Shown here piece by piece: positions 9,107 through 24,423 of a DNA stretch of 53,742 nucleotides. Each line of letters starts with the position of its first letter. Positions within the stretch are counted from its first letter, which is position 1. Below the pieces are notes generated by a model. It saw only the letters and a program-made list of their open reading frames with translations, ran no database searches and had not been told where the DNA came from. The translations under genes and the position numbers were made by a program. The stretch covers positions 1 through 53,742 of the forward strand of contig CAIZPS010000270.1 of NCBI GenBank assembly GCA_903934925.1. The letters run 5' to 3'. The DNA is from an uncultured bacterium (lineage in GTDB: Bacteria; Actinomycetota; Actinomycetes; S36-B12).

Positions 9107-10391
9107 TGTCCAGGCGCTGCACGTCTGCACCCAGGCGCTGCAGGTCGGGGACGAAGTCCGCGTAGCCACGGTCGATGTGCCCGACGCCGTAGACGGTGGT
9201 CTGGCCCTCCGCGACCAGGCCGGCGAGGACCAGACCGGCACCGGCCCTGATGTCCGTGGCCTCGACCGGGGCTCCCGACAGGGCGGAACGTCCGCGGACG
9301 AGGGCGTGATGCCCGTCCGTCCGAACATCGGCCCCGAGTCGGGCAAGCTCCTGAACGAAACGAAAGCGCGCCTCGAAGAGATTCTCGGTGACGAGGGAGG
9401 CCCCCTCGGCAATGGAGTTGAGCGCGATGAACTGCGGCTGCAGGTCCGTCGGGAATCCGGGGTAGGGCAGGGTGACGATGTCAACCGCGGCCGGTCGGCG
9501 GTCCATGATCACGCGAAAACCGTCCGCCGACTCGTGCACGTCGGCGCCGGCAGTGGACAGCTTCTCCAAGGCCATTGAGAGGTGGCCCGCCTGCGCACCT
9601 CGGATGGTGATATCCCCGTGGGTCATCGCGGCGGCCACGGCCCACGTTCCGGCGACGATACGGTCAGGAACCGTCGCGTGCTCTACCGGCCGCAGAGCCT
9701 CGACGCCCTCGATTCGCAGGGTCGACGTACCAATCCCTTCGATGTGAGCACCCATGGCCTCGAGCATCTGGCAGATGTCGACGATCTCCGGCTCGCGGGC
9801 GGCATTGTCGATGACCGACTCTCCCTCGGCCAGTACGGCCGCCATCAGGATCGTCTCGGTGGCCCCGACACTGGGGAAGTCCAGCCACGTCTGCGCACCG
9901 CGGAGACGCCCCGCCGAACTCGCGAGGAGATATCCGTGCTCGCTCGTGACTTCCGCTCCCATGCGACGCAACCCCGCGACGTGAATGTCGAGGCCACGAG
10001 ACCCGATGTTGTCACCACCTGGCACCGCCACATCGGCAGCGCCCACACGAGCCACGAGGGGCCCCATGACACAGATCGATGCCCGCATCCGCCGAACGAG
10101 GTCGTAGTCGGCTCGGTGCTCCGGTCGATGGGGAACATCGATCGTCACCGTCGCGACGTCGCGGTGATGCTCGACGACGCATCCCAGGCGGCGAAGCAGT
10201 TCGGACATGATCTCCACGTCGAGGATGTCCGGAACGTTGCGGATCGTCGAGGTGCCCGGCGCCAGCAAGGTCGCCGCCATGAGCTTCAGGACGGAGTTCT
10301 TGGCGCCGGCCACACATACCTCGCCCGCGAGGCGTCGCCCTCCTGTGACCCGAAGCACCTCCACGGCGGCATCGTACGTGGCTGCGTCCAT
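9093..10391 (-). CDS. murA: UDP-N-acetylglucosamine 1-carboxyvinyltransferase
   Basis: Has [55 protein letters not shown] and [13 protein letters not shown]. The start is ambiguous (GTG 10424, ATG 10391 or GTG 10364). Confidence 0.9.
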   Translation of the reverse strand: MDAATYDAAVEVLRVTGGRRLAGEVCVAGAKNSVLKLMAATLLAPGTSTIRNVPDILDVEIMSELLRRLGCVVEHHRDVATVTIDVPHRPEHRADYDLVRRMRASICVMGPLVARVGAADVAVPGGDNIGSRGLDIHVAGLRRMGAEVTSEHGYLLASSAGRLRGAQTWLDFPSVGATETILMAAVLAEGESVIDNAAREPEIVDICQMLEAMGAHIEGIGTSTLRIEGVEALRPVEHATVPDRIVAGTWAVAAAMTHGDITIRGAQAGHLSMALEKLSTAGADVHESADGFRVIMDRRPAAVDIVTLPYPGFPTDLQPQFIALNSIAEGASLVTENLFEARFRFVQELARLGADVRTDGHHALVRGRSALSGAPVEATDIRAGAGLVLAGLVAEGQTTVYGVGHIDRGYADFVPDLQRLGADVQRLDISDA

Positions 10392-10427
10392 CGTGCCGGG
10401 GACGCCCGGGTCGCGTAGTGTCACGGC

Positions 10428-11003
10428 ATGGTCAATCTCACCCGCATCTACACCCGCACAGGCGACGACGGCACCACCTCGCTCGGCGACATGAGCCGCA
10501 CCGGCAAGAACGACCCCCGCCTGAAGGCCTATGCCGACGTCGACGAGTCGAACTGCACCATCGGCCTGGCCCTGGCTACTGCGGAGTTCGACGCCGAGGT
10601 GCGTGACCTACTCGTCTCGATCCAGAACGACCTGTTCGACGTAGGCGCAGACTTGTGCACCCCCGTGGTGGACGACCCTGCTCATCCGCCCCTGCGTGTC
10701 ACCGATGACTACATCACGCGCCTGGAGACGGCCTGCGACCACTACAACGAGCTCCTGGAGCCCCTGCGCTCCTTCGTCCTGCCCGGTGGCACTCCCGCGG
10801 CGGCCCACCTGCATGTGGCTCGCACCGTCGTGCGCCGCGCTGAGCGGTCCACCTGGGCTGCTCTCGACACCTACCACGGGGGCATGAACCCTCTCACCGC
10901 CACCTACTTGAACCGGCTGAGTGACCTGCTGTTCATCCTCGGTCGCATCGCGAATGTCGATGCCGGCGGCGATGTGCTCTGGCAGCCCGGACTCAATCAC
11001 TGA
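10428..11003 (+). CDS. ATP:cob(I)alamin adenosyltransferase, PduO type
   Basis: 191 aa with [21 protein letters not shown] and [24 protein letters not shown], the PduO-type family pattern. Confidence 0.9.
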   Translation: MVNLTRIYTRTGDDGTTSLGDMSRTGKNDPRLKAYADVDESNCTIGLALATAEFDAEVRDLLVSIQNDLFDVGADLCTPVVDDPAHPPLRVTDDYITRLETACDHYNELLEPLRSFVLPGGTPAAAHLHVARTVVRRAERSTWAALDTYHGGMNPLTATYLNRLSDLLFILGRIANVDAGGDVLWQPGLNH

Positions 11004-11011
11004 CGAAAACC

Positions 11012-11050
11012 CGACGGCCGCCAGCCCCAGTCGGGTGCAGGCGGCCGTCG
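11012..11050 (-). terminator. intrinsic terminator hairpin after atpC (also usable by the convergent + strand gene)
   Basis: Perfect 11-bp stem cgacggccgcc / ggcggccgtcg with a 17-nt loop. On the minus strand it is followed by GUUUUCGU (11001-11010). Confidence 0.5.
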
Positions 11051-11057
11051 CGGATGA

Positions 11058-11474
11058 TCAGCGGGTGGTGACGGTCTTGGCGATGCCGGCCACCTGAACG
11101 CGGGTCTCTGCACGCTTGAGGGCAGACTGACCGTCCTCGTCGCGGTCCCCTTCGGCCTGGAGACGAGCCAGAGCCGCCTTCGCCCTCTCGACATCGATGT
11201 TCTCGGAAAGCTCGGCCACCTCGGCAATCACGTTGACCTCGTTGCCGGCGACGGAGAAGAAGCCCCCGTGCACAGCCACCATCATCGTCGAGCCGTCGGC
11301 CTCGACGATCTTCAACGCCGAGCTGTCGACGAGCAGAGCAAGCACCGGCTCATGATTGGCGAGGATGCCGATGTCGCCCTCGGGCGTCTTCGCCACGATG
11401 GACTTCGCCTCGCCGGACCACAGGGCCCGCTCAGCGGATACCACCGCGACACTCAGCATCTTGTCGTCGGCCAT
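11058..11474 (-). CDS. atpC: F0F1 ATP synthase subunit epsilon
   Basis: 138 aa with LSVAVVSAERALWSGEAKSIVAKTPEGDIGILANHEP. It is the last gene of the atp operon. Confidence 0.9.
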   Translation of the reverse strand: MADDKMLSVAVVSAERALWSGEAKSIVAKTPEGDIGILANHEPVLALLVDSSALKIVEADGSTMMVAVHGGFFSVAGNEVNVIAEVAELSENIDVERAKAALARLQAEGDRDEDGQSALKRAETRVQVAGIAKTVTTR

Positions 11475-11480
11475 CGGTGA

Positions 11481-13852
<2,372 letters not shown>

Positions 13853-13857
13853 AATGC

Positions 13858-15492
<1,635 letters not shown>

Positions 15493-15560
15493 GGTGCCCT
15501 GCTCTCTTTCTCGGCCCGCCGTGCGGGCGTGGTTTGTCTGGTGTCAGGTGTTGTCTTGGG

Positions 15561-16370
15561 TCAGCCGAGGACGGCCCGGCTTGCTTGATCCATCCGAGAG
15601 GCCACGGTGCCGTCGATGACCTCGTCGCCGATCCGCACGTGGACTCCCCCCAGCACGCTGGGATCGACCGCGACGTTCAGCCGAACCGTGCGGCCCTTGA
15701 TCGTCGACAGAGCTGCGGCGAGGCGACGTTCCTGCTCCGCGTCGAGCGCGGCGGCCACCCGGACCTCGGCCACCACGCGCTCGCGCTGCTGAGCCGCAAG
15801 CTGGCACAGCTCGTCGATCACCGCATCGATGCGACGGCCATGGAGATGACCCACCGCGTACTGCAGCACCTCCTGCGTGGCCGTGCTCGAGCGTCCGCCC
15901 AGGAGGTCGCCCACGATGGCCGCCTTGGTCGCGGCCGACTGTGCCGGATCCGTCAGCGCCATCTGCAGCGCAGGCGAAGAATCCACCGCACGTCCGAAGA
16001 GGAACAGCTCCTCCTCGGTGACGTCGAGAGTGCCGGCTGCGTCGGCAACCGCGAAGGCCGCTTGGTCGGCCAGCTGCTCGATGGCCAGCAGGAGATCAAG
16101 GTCACTGGCCCACCGGCGTCCCGTGACGAGCACGAGGACGTCGATCGCCAGTTCGCTCACCCGCCCGCCGAAGACCTGTCGAACGAGCGCCTCGCGAACG
16201 GAGTGCGGCTGCCCGGAGTCGGCCAGAACACTCCGCAGTTGGGTCTCGGAGTCGAGGACTCCCGCAGCGGCGAACAGCTCGCCGGACAGCCCGGTGAATC
16301 CGGCGGTGCCGCGGCGGGCGTCAAGCCCCTCGCGGCACACCGACAGGCTCTCCCGGCTGGACCCGATCAT
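15561..16370 (-). CDS. atpH: F0F1 ATP synthase subunit delta
   Basis: 269 aa in OSCP/delta-like position and composition, with C-terminal VDPSVLGGVHVRIGDEVIDGTV. An ATGA overlap links it to atpF. Confidence 0.9.
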   Translation of the reverse strand: MIGSSRESLSVCREGLDARRGTAGFTGLSGELFAAAGVLDSETQLRSVLADSGQPHSVREALVRQVFGGRVSELAIDVLVLVTGRRWASDLDLLLAIEQLADQAAFAVADAAGTLDVTEEELFLFGRAVDSSPALQMALTDPAQSAATKAAIVGDLLGGRSSTATQEVLQYAVGHLHGRRIDAVIDELCQLAAQQRERVVAEVRVAAALDAEQERRLAAALSTIKGRTVRLNVAVDPSVLGGVHVRIGDEVIDGTVASRMDQASRAVLG

Positions 16371-16957
16371 TGCTGGGCGCTCCCCTGTGCTGCGGCCTGG
16401 CGCTCGAGGTCGCTGATGAACGCATCGACCGTCTCGCGTACCCGTGCGTCGTCGGTGAGCGACTGCCCCACGACCTTGCCCGCGAGCGTCACGGCGAGTT
16501 CGCCGATCTGGTGGGTCAGCGCCGCAGTGGCCTGCGAGCGCTCGGCGGCGATCTGCGCCTCAGCCTGCGCAGTGACGGCCTGAGCCGCCGCGCGTGCTTC
16601 TGCGCGTGCCTCCTCGATCATCGAGGAGCGATCCGCCTGGGCCTGAGTCCGAATCGCCGCGGCCTCCTCGCGTGCAGCCGCCATCTGCTGCCGGTACTGC
16701 TCCGCGAGAGCGTTGGCCTCAGCCTCGGCCTTGGCCGCTCGCTCGATGCCGCCCTCAATCGCATCTGCGCGCTCAGCGAGCGTCCGCTTGATGTTGGGCA
16801 GTGCGAACTTCGCGAGGCCGCCGAAGACGATCAGGAACGCGATGATTCCGATGATCAGTTCATCGATCGGCACGGCGAGGACGGAGGGCATCTCCTCGCC
16901 GCCCTCGCCTCCCGCGGCAGACACTGCGGCCTGCGCCGCAGCAATGACGTTAATCAC
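16367..16957 (-). CDS. atpF: F0F1 ATP synthase subunit B
   Basis: N-terminal TM (IIGIIAFLIVFGGLAKFALP) followed by a long A/E/R-rich helix. Confidence 0.9.
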   Translation of the reverse strand: MINVIAAAQAAVSAAGGEGGEEMPSVLAVPIDELIIGIIAFLIVFGGLAKFALPNIKRTLAERADAIEGGIERAAKAEAEANALAEQYRQQMAAAREEAAAIRTQAQADRSSMIEEARAEARAAAQAVTAQAEAQIAAERSQATAALTHQIGELAVTLAGKVVGQSLTDDARVRETVDAFISDLERQAAAQGSAQQ

Positions 16958-17004
16958 GACGGTGACCTTCCGATGTCAGTCAGTGGATCGAGACGGGGTG
17001 ACGA

Positions 17005-17343
<339 letters not shown>

Positions 17344-18171
17344 TCAGTGCTCGGGATGCAGGGCACCCGCGATGTAGACAGCCGCGAGCAGGGTGAAGAT
17401 GTAGGCCTGGAGCGCCTGGATCAGCGCCTCGAACCCGGTCAGTGCTACCGCCACGGTGAACGAGGCGGCTGAGCCGAGCAGGCCGATGACGCTGGCGCTC
17501 AGCAGGTAGAAGGCGGCGATGCTGAAGGTGGCGATCAGCAGGTGGCCGGCGAACATGTTGGCGAAGAGACGGATGGCGTGGGTGGCGGGCCGAACGATGA
17601 GATTGGAGAGGAACTCCAAAGGCGCGAGCAGGACGTACATCGCCTTGGGCACGCCCGGGGGGAAGAGCAGGTTCTTGAAGAAGCCGAAGAAGCCCTGGCG
17701 GTAGATGCCGATCGGCACCCAGGTCACGTAGACGATGAGAGCGAAGGCCACCGGGATGGCGAAGATCGAGGTGACCGGGATCTGCGCGAAGGGCACGATG
17801 CCCATGAAGTTCGTCAGCCATACGAGGAAGAAGAACGAGAACAGGAACGGGACGAACTTGTCGCCGTCCTTGCCGATGGTGTCGCGGGCGATGCCGTCAC
17901 GGATGAACAGGTAGGCCATCTCGCCGACGTTCTGGGCACCGCGCGGGACGAGCTTGGGCTTGCGGAACGCGTAGATGAAGAAGGCGAGGATGATCGCCAC
18001 GACGATGAACAGCAGCACCGTGACCTTGGTGATGTGGAACTCGAGGTTGCCGATGGTGAAGGCGGCCAGCCTGTCGAACAGGAAGATCTCCGCACCCGGT
18101 GCGGGGAATCCGCAGCCGGAGTTGAGGTGGCAGTCCAGTCCCCCGGACGCGACCACAGCTTCAGCAGACAC
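17344..18171 (-). CDS. atpB: F0F1 ATP synthase subunit A
   Basis: Multi-TM protein carrying HAIRLFANMFAGH, the conserved a-subunit Arg motif. Confidence 0.93.
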   Translation of the reverse strand: MSAEAVVASGGLDCHLNSGCGFPAPGAEIFLFDRLAAFTIGNLEFHITKVTVLLFIVVAIILAFFIYAFRKPKLVPRGAQNVGEMAYLFIRDGIARDTIGKDGDKFVPFLFSFFFLVWLTNFMGIVPFAQIPVTSIFAIPVAFALIVYVTWVPIGIYRQGFFGFFKNLLFPPGVPKAMYVLLAPLEFLSNLIVRPATHAIRLFANMFAGHLLIATFSIAAFYLLSASVIGLLGSAASFTVAVALTGFEALIQALQAYIFTLLAAVYIAGALHPEH

Positions 18172-18216
18172 CAGGCTCCTCCATGCCCCATCCGGACGTC
18201 ACGACGTCATGCATGT

Positions 18217-18453
18217 TCATGCGTCGACCTGCTCCTGACGCTTGCGATCTTCGCGCTCCTCGTGTTTGAGGCTTGCGAAGACCAGGTAGTACGACAGCGC
18301 GAGGCCGACAATTGCGCCAATGGCCATCAGCAGTGCCCGGTGCCCGACCCACAGCGACACCAGCCATCCCAAGCCGGTGTACAGGAGCAGGCCAGTGATC
18401 AGACGACTGCTGGTGGCCCACGCGGAGTTGGACATCCTCCGGGCGTCGTCCAT
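18217..18453 (-). CDS. AtpZ/AtpI-family small membrane protein (putative)
   Basis: 78-aa, two-TM ORF (MDDARRMSNSAWATSSRLITGLLLYTGLGWLV...AIGAIVGLALSYYLVF) just upstream of atpB. It is the in-frame tail of a longer spurious ORF. Confidence 0.55.
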   Translation of the reverse strand: MDDARRMSNSAWATSSRLITGLLLYTGLGWLVSLWVGHRALLMAIGAIVGLALSYYLVFASLKHEEREDRKRQEQVDA

Positions 18454-18521
18454 CGTGACCGTCCGACCTCGCGCGCCCGAACGGTACCAGCCACCGCGCG
18501 GACGGGTCGCTTCGGGGGCGC

Positions 18522-18926
18522 TCACTTGCCACTCCCCGGCTCGACGTAGAGCACCTTGGTGCGCGAGAAGACCCACACCTCGACGAAGGTCCACGCCAGT
18601 GTGCAGGCGACGATGACTCCTGCGAAGACCTTGGGGGCGAAGAAGGTGGCGTCCTGCAGCACCAGGAGCAGGATGAGCAGCACCCCGATCTTCACGAGGT
18701 ACAGCGCCATCGCGACCATCATGGCGTTCTGCGGATTGTTCTTGAGGACGGCCCCCAGCACGAGCTGCCCGACGCTGAAGAACACCAGAACGATGAGCGT
18801 CCCGAGAACTCCGGCGACCAGCCCCTGCGAGCCTGCCACAGCCATGCCGATGACCGTGCCCACGACTCCCACGAGGACAGTCGCCAGTCCGGCGCTGCGC
18901 AGCATCAGGGCGTCGATCGAGGGCAC
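18522..18926 (-). CDS. ATP synthase protein I-like integral membrane protein (hypothetical)
   Basis: 134 aa with about 4 TM helices. It is the first ORF of the atp cluster. GTG start. Confidence 0.55.
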   Translation of the reverse strand: MPSIDALMLRSAGLATVLVGVVGTVIGMAVAGSQGLVAGVLGTLIVLVFFSVGQLVLGAVLKNNPQNAMMVAMALYLVKIGVLLILLLVLQDATFFAPKVFAGVIVACTLAWTFVEVWVFSRTKVLYVEPGSGK

Positions 18927-19055
18927 ACAAGGACGCTATCGCACTCCCGACAGACTGCCCAAACAGAGGACGGAGGCCAAGACGTGTGCTTGGTCACGGC
19001 CGTTCGACCGCAGGCCTGCGGTAGCGCAGTCCCCGTCGCATGCGTCGCGGGAGCC

Positions 19056-20177
19056 TCAGCCAGCCCGGCCGCTGTCGATCCGCTGATTCGTCACCCGCGG
19101 CGCCCGGGCCGGTCGCCGCACCGCGACCACGAGGATGGCCAACCCCACGACGAAGAAGGCCCCCGCATAGGGCAGCGGCACGAAGGCGACGAGCACCGCG
19201 CTCCCGGCAATCAGGGCGGTCCACGCGTACATCAGGACCACGGCCCTGACCTGGGAGTGCCCCATCTCCATCAGGCGGTGGTGCAGGTGCTGCTTGTCCG
19301 GCGCGAAGGGATTGCGGCCGGCTCGAGTACGACGGATGACCGCGAGGAGGAGGTCCACGAGCGGCACAGCCATGACGGCGACAGGAAGGAGGACCGGCAG
19401 CAGTGCCGGGAACAGCGCTCCGCCCGCGACGGCACTCGGGTCCACCTGTCCGGACAGCGTGATCGTCCCGGCCGCCAGAAGCAGCCCGAGCATCATCGAG
19501 CCCGTATCGCCCATGAAGATTCGGGCTGGGAAGAAGTTGTTCGGCAGGAACCCCAGGGTCACGCCGACGAGCAGCACCGACACCAGGGTGGCCAGCGTGG
19601 CCCGCTCGAAGCCCAACTCGACGGATAGCAGGTACGAGTAGGCGAAGAAGGCGCCCGCAGCGACCATGACGATGCCGGCGGCCAGCCCGTCGAGTCCGTC
19701 GATGAAGTTGATGGCATTGATGCTGATCAGGACGATCAGCACGGTGAACAGGACACTGGTCACCGGGTCGAGCACGAAGGTGCCGCCGATGGGCAGCCAG
19801 ATGATGGCGATGCCCTGGAAGGCCATGACGCCGGCAGCGAGCACCTGACCGGCCAGCTTGGTCGGGGCGTCGAGGCCCCATTTGTCGTCAACCACGCCCA
19901 AGGCGACGATGATCGCGATCCCGGAGAGCAGTGCGACAGCTGTGTTCGTTCCCTCGAACACTGACCTCATCATGGGCAGTTTGCTGGCCAGAAGGAGTCC
20001 GGCCAGCACCCCGCCCATCATGGCCAGGCCACCCAGGCGGGGGGTCGGCTGGTCGTGGACGTCGCGATCCCGCACCTCGGCCATGAATCCGTACCTGATG
20101 GCCAGACTGCGGACCGGTGGGGTCAGCAGGTACGTGACCGCCGCGGCGGCCAGGAGGCACAGCAGGTACTCGCGCAT
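19056..20177 (-). CDS. wecA: polyprenyl-phosphate GlcNAc-1-phosphate transferase (WecA/Rfe, MraY-like GT4 family)
   Basis: Has MREYLLCLL..., HDQPTPRLGG, NAINFIDGLDGLAAG, IFMGDTGSM and HLHHRLMEMG. ATG at 20177. Confidence 0.85.
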   Translation of the reverse strand: MREYLLCLLAAAAVTYLLTPPVRSLAIRYGFMAEVRDRDVHDQPTPRLGGLAMMGGVLAGLLLASKLPMMRSVFEGTNTAVALLSGIAIIVALGVVDDKWGLDAPTKLAGQVLAAGVMAFQGIAIIWLPIGGTFVLDPVTSVLFTVLIVLISINAINFIDGLDGLAAGIVMVAAGAFFAYSYLLSVELGFERATLATLVSVLLVGVTLGFLPNNFFPARIFMGDTGSMMLGLLLAAGTITLSGQVDPSAVAGGALFPALLPVLLPVAVMAVPLVDLLLAVIRRTRAGRNPFAPDKQHLHHRLMEMGHSQVRAVVLMYAWTALIAGSAVLVAFVPLPYAGAFFVVGLAILVVAVRRPARAPRVTNQRIDSGRAG

Positions 20178-20184
20178 GCGAGTG

Positions 20185-21453
20185 TCAGCCCCGTGGGTAC
20201 GCCGGGTGGGCCGAGACCAAGGCGGAGACCTCGGCTGCGATGGCGGCCGCGTCCGAGCCGTCGGCATCGCGCACCGCGCGGCCGATGAGTCGGGCGATCA
20301 CCGCCATGTCGGGCACCTCCATGCCCTGCGTCGTGACAGCGGGGGTGCCGACCCGGATTCCGGAGCCCTTGGACGGGGGCTCGGGATCGTACGGAATGGC
20401 GTTCTTGTTCAACGTGATGCGAGCGGCGTCACACCGGACCTCCGCGACGTCGCCAGTGACCCCGGCACCCCGAATATCGATCAGTGCCAGATGAGTGTCG
20501 GTGCCGCCACTCACCGGGCGCATGCCCTCCTCCGCCAGACCGGCGGCAAGGGCCTGAGCGTTGGAGATGACCTGCGCGGCGTAGGCCTGGTACTGCGGGG
20601 TCGAAGCCTCCTTGAGCGCGACGGCCTTTGCCGCCACCGCGTGCATGAGCGGGCCGCCCTGCATCATGGGGAAGACCGCCTTGTCGATCTTGGCTGCGTG
20701 CTCCTCCTTGCACAGGATCATGCCGCCGCGGGGGCCGCGAAGGACCTTGTGCGTGGTGAACGTGACCACGTCGGCATGGGGAACCGGACTCGGAATCGCC
20801 TTGCCGGCCACGAGGCCGATGAAGTGGGCGGCATCAACCATGAGGATCGCGCCGACCTCGTCAGCGATCTCACGGAAGGCCGCGAAGTCGATCAGCCGCG
20901 GATACGCAGTCGCGCCGGCGATGATCATCTTGGGGCGACGTTCACGCGCGATGGATCGGACCTCGTCATAGTCGATCAGGTCGGTGTCCTGTCGCACTCC
21001 GTACGACGCGATGTCGAACCACTTGCCCGAGAAGTTCACCTTCGACCCGTGCGTGAGGTGGCCTCCATGAGCCAGGCTCATCGCCATGACGGTGTCGCCC
21101 GGCATGACGAATGCGCCGTATGCCGCGAGGTTCGCGCTGGCGCCGCTATGGGGCTGAAGGTTCGCGTGCTCGGCGCCGAACAGCGCCTTCGCTCGATCGA
21201 TGCCGATGTTCTCTGCGCGATCCACGTCGGCACAGCCGCCGTAGTAGCGCCGATCGGGGTAGCCCTCCGCGTACTTGTTGCTGAGAGTCGATCCAAGGGC
21301 CGCCAGAACTGCCGGAGACGTGAAGTTCTCGCTCGCTATGAGTTGAAGCCCACTGCGCAGCCGCTCCAGCTCGTCGAGAATGATCGTAGCGATCTGCGGG
21401 TCCTCCGCCTGAAGCTGAGCGAAGTCCGGCCCCCAGAACGGCGTGCTGTCCAT
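20185..21453 (-). CDS. glyA: serine hydroxymethyltransferase
   Basis: Has [43 protein letters not shown] and [13 protein letters not shown]. The start is at MDSTPFW. Confidence 0.95.
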   Translation of the reverse strand: MDSTPFWGPDFAQLQAEDPQIATIILDELERLRSGLQLIASENFTSPAVLAALGSTLSNKYAEGYPDRRYYGGCADVDRAENIGIDRAKALFGAEHANLQPHSGASANLAAYGAFVMPGDTVMAMSLAHGGHLTHGSKVNFSGKWFDIASYGVRQDTDLIDYDEVRSIARERRPKMIIAGATAYPRLIDFAAFREIADEVGAILMVDAAHFIGLVAGKAIPSPVPHADVVTFTTHKVLRGPRGGMILCKEEHAAKIDKAVFPMMQGGPLMHAVAAKAVALKEASTPQYQAYAAQVISNAQALAAGLAEEGMRPVSGGTDTHLALIDIRGAGVTGDVAEVRCDAARITLNKNAIPYDPEPPSKGSGIRVGTPAVTTQGMEVPDMAVIARLIGRAVRDADGSDAAAIAAEVSALVSAHPAYPRG

Positions 21454-21558
21454 GCTCTCCCTCTGCTTCCCCTGTGCGCTTGTCTCGTGGATCCTGCGCT
21501 CGGGCGACACGAGACTCGGAAGACTCGGACGCCACGCCCGAGGCGTGATGGGCCCACT

Positions 21559-22224
21559 CTACGGGGTAACCGGCGGATCCCCGGGAACGATGCTGGGGCA
21601 GTACCGCGTCAACTCATCGAACGTCACGAGTCCGGGTCGGACGATTCTTGGCGGATCGACGGTTGCGTCGACGATGGTGCTTGCCAAGGCGGCTTCCTGC
21701 GCCAGCGGGCCCGCATCGAGGGCGAGCGCGATATCGCCGCCCACCTGTGACAGGGCATCGTCGACGTCGACGGGTGCAGGCAGCCCGGGCAGATTGGCTG
21801 TGGTCACGGCTAGCGGCCCGGAAACCGCCAGAAGCGCGAGGGCGACCGGATGCAGTGGCATGCGCACCGCCAGCGGCGCATCGTCAGGCATGTCCCATGC
21901 GAGCGTGGGCTGAGGCGCCAGGAGCAGGGTAAGAGGGCCCGGCCAGAAGGACTCCATCAGCACCCGCGCCTCATCGCTCACGCGCAGCGCGATGCCTGCC
22001 ACCGTCGATCTGCTGCCCACCATGACGGGCAGGGGTGATCGTTCGTCGTATCCCTTGACTTCTCTCATCCTGGCGAGCCCACGGGAGGAGAAGGCATCGG
22101 TCGCGATGGCGTAGACCGACTCCGTCGGGATCACGACGAGATCACCGCGGCGAATGGCTGCATGCGCCGCGGCCACCGCCGGCTCACGTCGCACCCCGTC
22201 GCCGCACGCGATGCGCTGTGTCAC
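21559..22224 (-). CDS. tsaC: L-threonylcarbamoyladenylate synthase (Sua5/YwlC/TsaC family)
   Basis: Has GDLVVIPTESVYAIATDAF, FWPGPLTLLL, RMPLHPVA and TTANLPG. The GTG start overlaps the prmC stop (GTGA). Confidence 0.85.
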   Translation of the reverse strand: MTQRIACGDGVRREPAVAAAHAAIRRGDLVVIPTESVYAIATDAFSSRGLARMREVKGYDERSPLPVMVGSRSTVAGIALRVSDEARVLMESFWPGPLTLLLAPQPTLAWDMPDDAPLAVRMPLHPVALALLAVSGPLAVTTANLPGLPAPVDVDDALSQVGGDIALALDAGPLAQEAALASTIVDATVDPPRIVRPGLVTFDELTRYCPSIVPGDPPVTP

Positions 22225-23213
22225 GGGCGGATGACCCTTCTCGCGAGCGTGAAGCGCGGGAGACCGTTGAGGTCGATGCGGTCCACAGCGGTGTCGAACA
22301 CGGGGCCTCCCACGACGCCTCCCGAGGCACTGAAGACGTCCTCGTCCGCGACAAGGCAGTCAAGAACCGAGGGGACGCCGGCCGGCCCGGCTGCGGTGCC
22401 CTGAACGTCGGCATGCTCGATCACCAGAAGCCCGCCCGGACGAAGGAGCAGAGCCGCGGTGCGGGCTACGCCACGGACGATATCGAGACCATCGGGACCC
22501 CCGTAGAGCGCCACAGGAGGCTCGTGATCGCGGACCTCGGGTTCACGGGGCACCATCGACGAGGGGATGTAGGGCGGATTGCTCGCCACTACGCCGACCC
22601 TCCCCCGAAGCTCCTCCAACGGACCTCCGGAGTCCGCTGCCGTCGTCGCGTCCCGATGATGCACCGTCACGGACGAGCCGACGGCGCGAAGTGCGTCCGC
22701 GTGCTCGTCGACGTTGCGCCGGGTCCACGCGACCGCAGCGTCGTCGAGCTCCACCGCGTGGACCTCGCTGCCAGGGCACTCTGTCGCCAGCGCGAGCGCG
22801 ATGGCCCCACTGCCCGAGCACAGATCGACGGCAATCCGGTCGTCCGACTCCAGCAGTGCCCGCAGGGCAGCTTCGGTCACCAGTTCCGTCTCCGGCCGTG
22901 GGATGAAGACCCCCTGCCCCACCTGCAGTTCGAGGTGCCGGAAAGGCGCCGTTCCCACGATGTGCTGGAGTGGTACGCGACTCAGCCGCAATGCGAGCAA
23001 CTGCTCGATGCGGACCTTCTGGTCATCACGGAGATCGTCGAGGAGGAACAGTCGCGTGCGCGGTACCTGCAGGACGAAGGCAACGATCTCCGCCGCATCC
23101 ACCGCGGGCGAGGGAACACCCGCGCGACGCAGTCGCCACTCGGCATCGACGAGGACATCCCGCACACTGGTACGGGCGCCGATCGTCTGGCCGTCCGACC
23201 ATGACTCGCTCAC
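22221..23213 (-). CDS. prmC: peptide chain release factor N5-glutamine methyltransferase
   Basis: Has [42 protein letters not shown] and NPPYIP. A GTGA overlap links it to prfA. Confidence 0.9.
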   Translation of the reverse strand: MSESWSDGQTIGARTSVRDVLVDAEWRLRRAGVPSPAVDAAEIVAFVLQVPRTRLFLLDDLRDDQKVRIEQLLALRLSRVPLQHIVGTAPFRHLELQVGQGVFIPRPETELVTEAALRALLESDDRIAVDLCSGSGAIALALATECPGSEVHAVELDDAAVAWTRRNVDEHADALRAVGSSVTVHHRDATTAADSGGPLEELRGRVGVVASNPPYIPSSMVPREPEVRDHEPPVALYGGPDGLDIVRGVARTAALLLRPGGLLVIEHADVQGTAAGPAGVPSVLDCLVADEDVFSASGGVVGGPVFDTAVDRIDLNGLPRFTLARRVIRP

Positions 23214-24283
23214 GCCGGCGACTCGGTCAGCCGGCTCGCCTGGTCGGCCTCGACACAGGCATCAATCACCGCATCGAGCTCACCGTCGAGCACCTGGTCG
23301 AGGTTGTAGGCCTTGAAGCCCACGCGATGGTCGCTGATGCGGTTCTCGGGGAAGTTGTAGGTGCGGATCCGCTCACTGCGGTCGACAGTGCGGACCTGCG
23401 ATCGACGGGCGTCGGATGCCTCGCGCGCGGCCTGCTCCTGAGCCTCCGCGAGGAGCCGCGCCCGCAGGATCCGCATGGCAGAGTCCTTGTTCTGCAGCTG
23501 GCTCTTCTCGTTCTGGCAGGAGACGACGACGCCGGTGGGCAGATGCGTGATGCGTACGGCGGAGTCGGTCGTGTTCACCGACTGGCCACCGGGACCCGAG
23601 GAACGGTAGACGTCGATGCGAAGATCGTTGGGGTCGATGACCACGTCCACCTCCTCCGCCTCGGGAAGCACGAGGACTCCGGCTGCCGAGGTGTGGATTC
23701 GACCCTGGGATTCCGTGACCGGCACCCGCTGGACGCGATGCACCCCGCCCTCGAACTTCAGCCGTGCGAACGGGGCGCGCCCGGGCTCCGGAACGCCCTT
23801 GGCCTTCATGGCGATCGAGATGCCCTTGAACCCCCCTAGGTCGGATTCCACCGAGTCGATAACCTGCGGAGCCCAGCCCTGACGCTCGGCATAGCGCATG
23901 TACATGCGCGCGAGATCTCCGGCGAAGAGCGCGGACTCCTCGCCACCCTCTCCCGCCTTGATCTCGACGATGACGTCCTTGTCGTCCATCGGATCCCGCG
24001 GCAGCAGCAGAGTCGTCAGGCGCTCCGTGGCCGCCTCGCGCCGCCGTTCCTGCAGCTCCGCCTCGGCCGCGAAGTCCGGATCCGCGCCTGCGAGCTCTTC
24101 GGCCGCCTGGAGGTCAGCGCAGGCTGCCAGCCACTCCCGGTAGGCCGCCACGACAGGCCCGAGCTCGGCAAAGCGTCGTCCGAGCCGGCGTGCCGCCGCC
24201 TGATCACCGTGCACAGCCGGATCAGCGAGCCGCGTCTCGACGTCGGCGTACTCAGCGACCAGCTCGGCACACGACTCGAACAT
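23210..24283 (-). CDS. prfA: peptide chain release factor 1
   Basis: Has the PVT tripeptide at the PxT stop-codon recognition position ([17 protein letters not shown]) and the GGQ motif ([20 protein letters not shown]). The start is at MFESC (24283). Confidence 0.95.
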   Translation of the reverse strand: MFESCAELVAEYADVETRLADPAVHGDQAAARRLGRRFAELGPVVAAYREWLAACADLQAAEELAGADPDFAAEAELQERRREAATERLTTLLLPRDPMDDKDVIVEIKAGEGGEESALFAGDLARMYMRYAERQGWAPQVIDSVESDLGGFKGISIAMKAKGVPEPGRAPFARLKFEGGVHRVQRVPVTESQGRIHTSAAGVLVLPEAEEVDVVIDPNDLRIDVYRSSGPGGQSVNTTDSAVRITHLPTGVVVSCQNEKSQLQNKDSAMRILRARLLAEAQEQAAREASDARRSQVRTVDRSERIRTYNFPENRISDHRVGFKAYNLDQVLDGELDAVIDACVEADQASRLTESPA

Positions 24284-24349
24284 GCTGCCTGCCCTTCTCG
24301 TGCCGATTACCGGATCAGTGCGGTCCTGGTGCCTGGTAGGCATGGAAAC

Positions 24350-24423
24350 GCCCCGGGCGCCGGTCTGGGGCCTGCCGCGTGACGGGGGAGACACGCGGCA
24401 GGCGCCGAACCGGCGCCCGGGGC
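24350..24423 (-). terminator. nested double hairpin downstream of rpmE (putative terminator/attenuator before prfA)
   Basis: The outer perfect 15-bp stem is gccccgggcgccggt (24350-24364) / accggcgcccggggc (24409-24423). It encloses an inner perfect 12-bp stem, 24370-24381 / 24392-24403. The minus-strand 3' flank is GUUUCC. Confidence 0.45.

Noticed and set aside
21454-21558. Possible ZTP/pfl or folate-type riboswitch in the glyA leader
   Set aside because: glyA is a known context for ZTP riboswitches in Actinobacteria. Reading the minus strand, I could not find the conserved core or the 3' CCGCCUGGGC-like pseudoknot element as I remember them. The leader shows only an 8-bp hairpin (21482-21489 / 21508-21515) and a 9-nt tandem direct repeat (agactcgga x2, 21512-21529). 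A covariance-model scan would settle the question.
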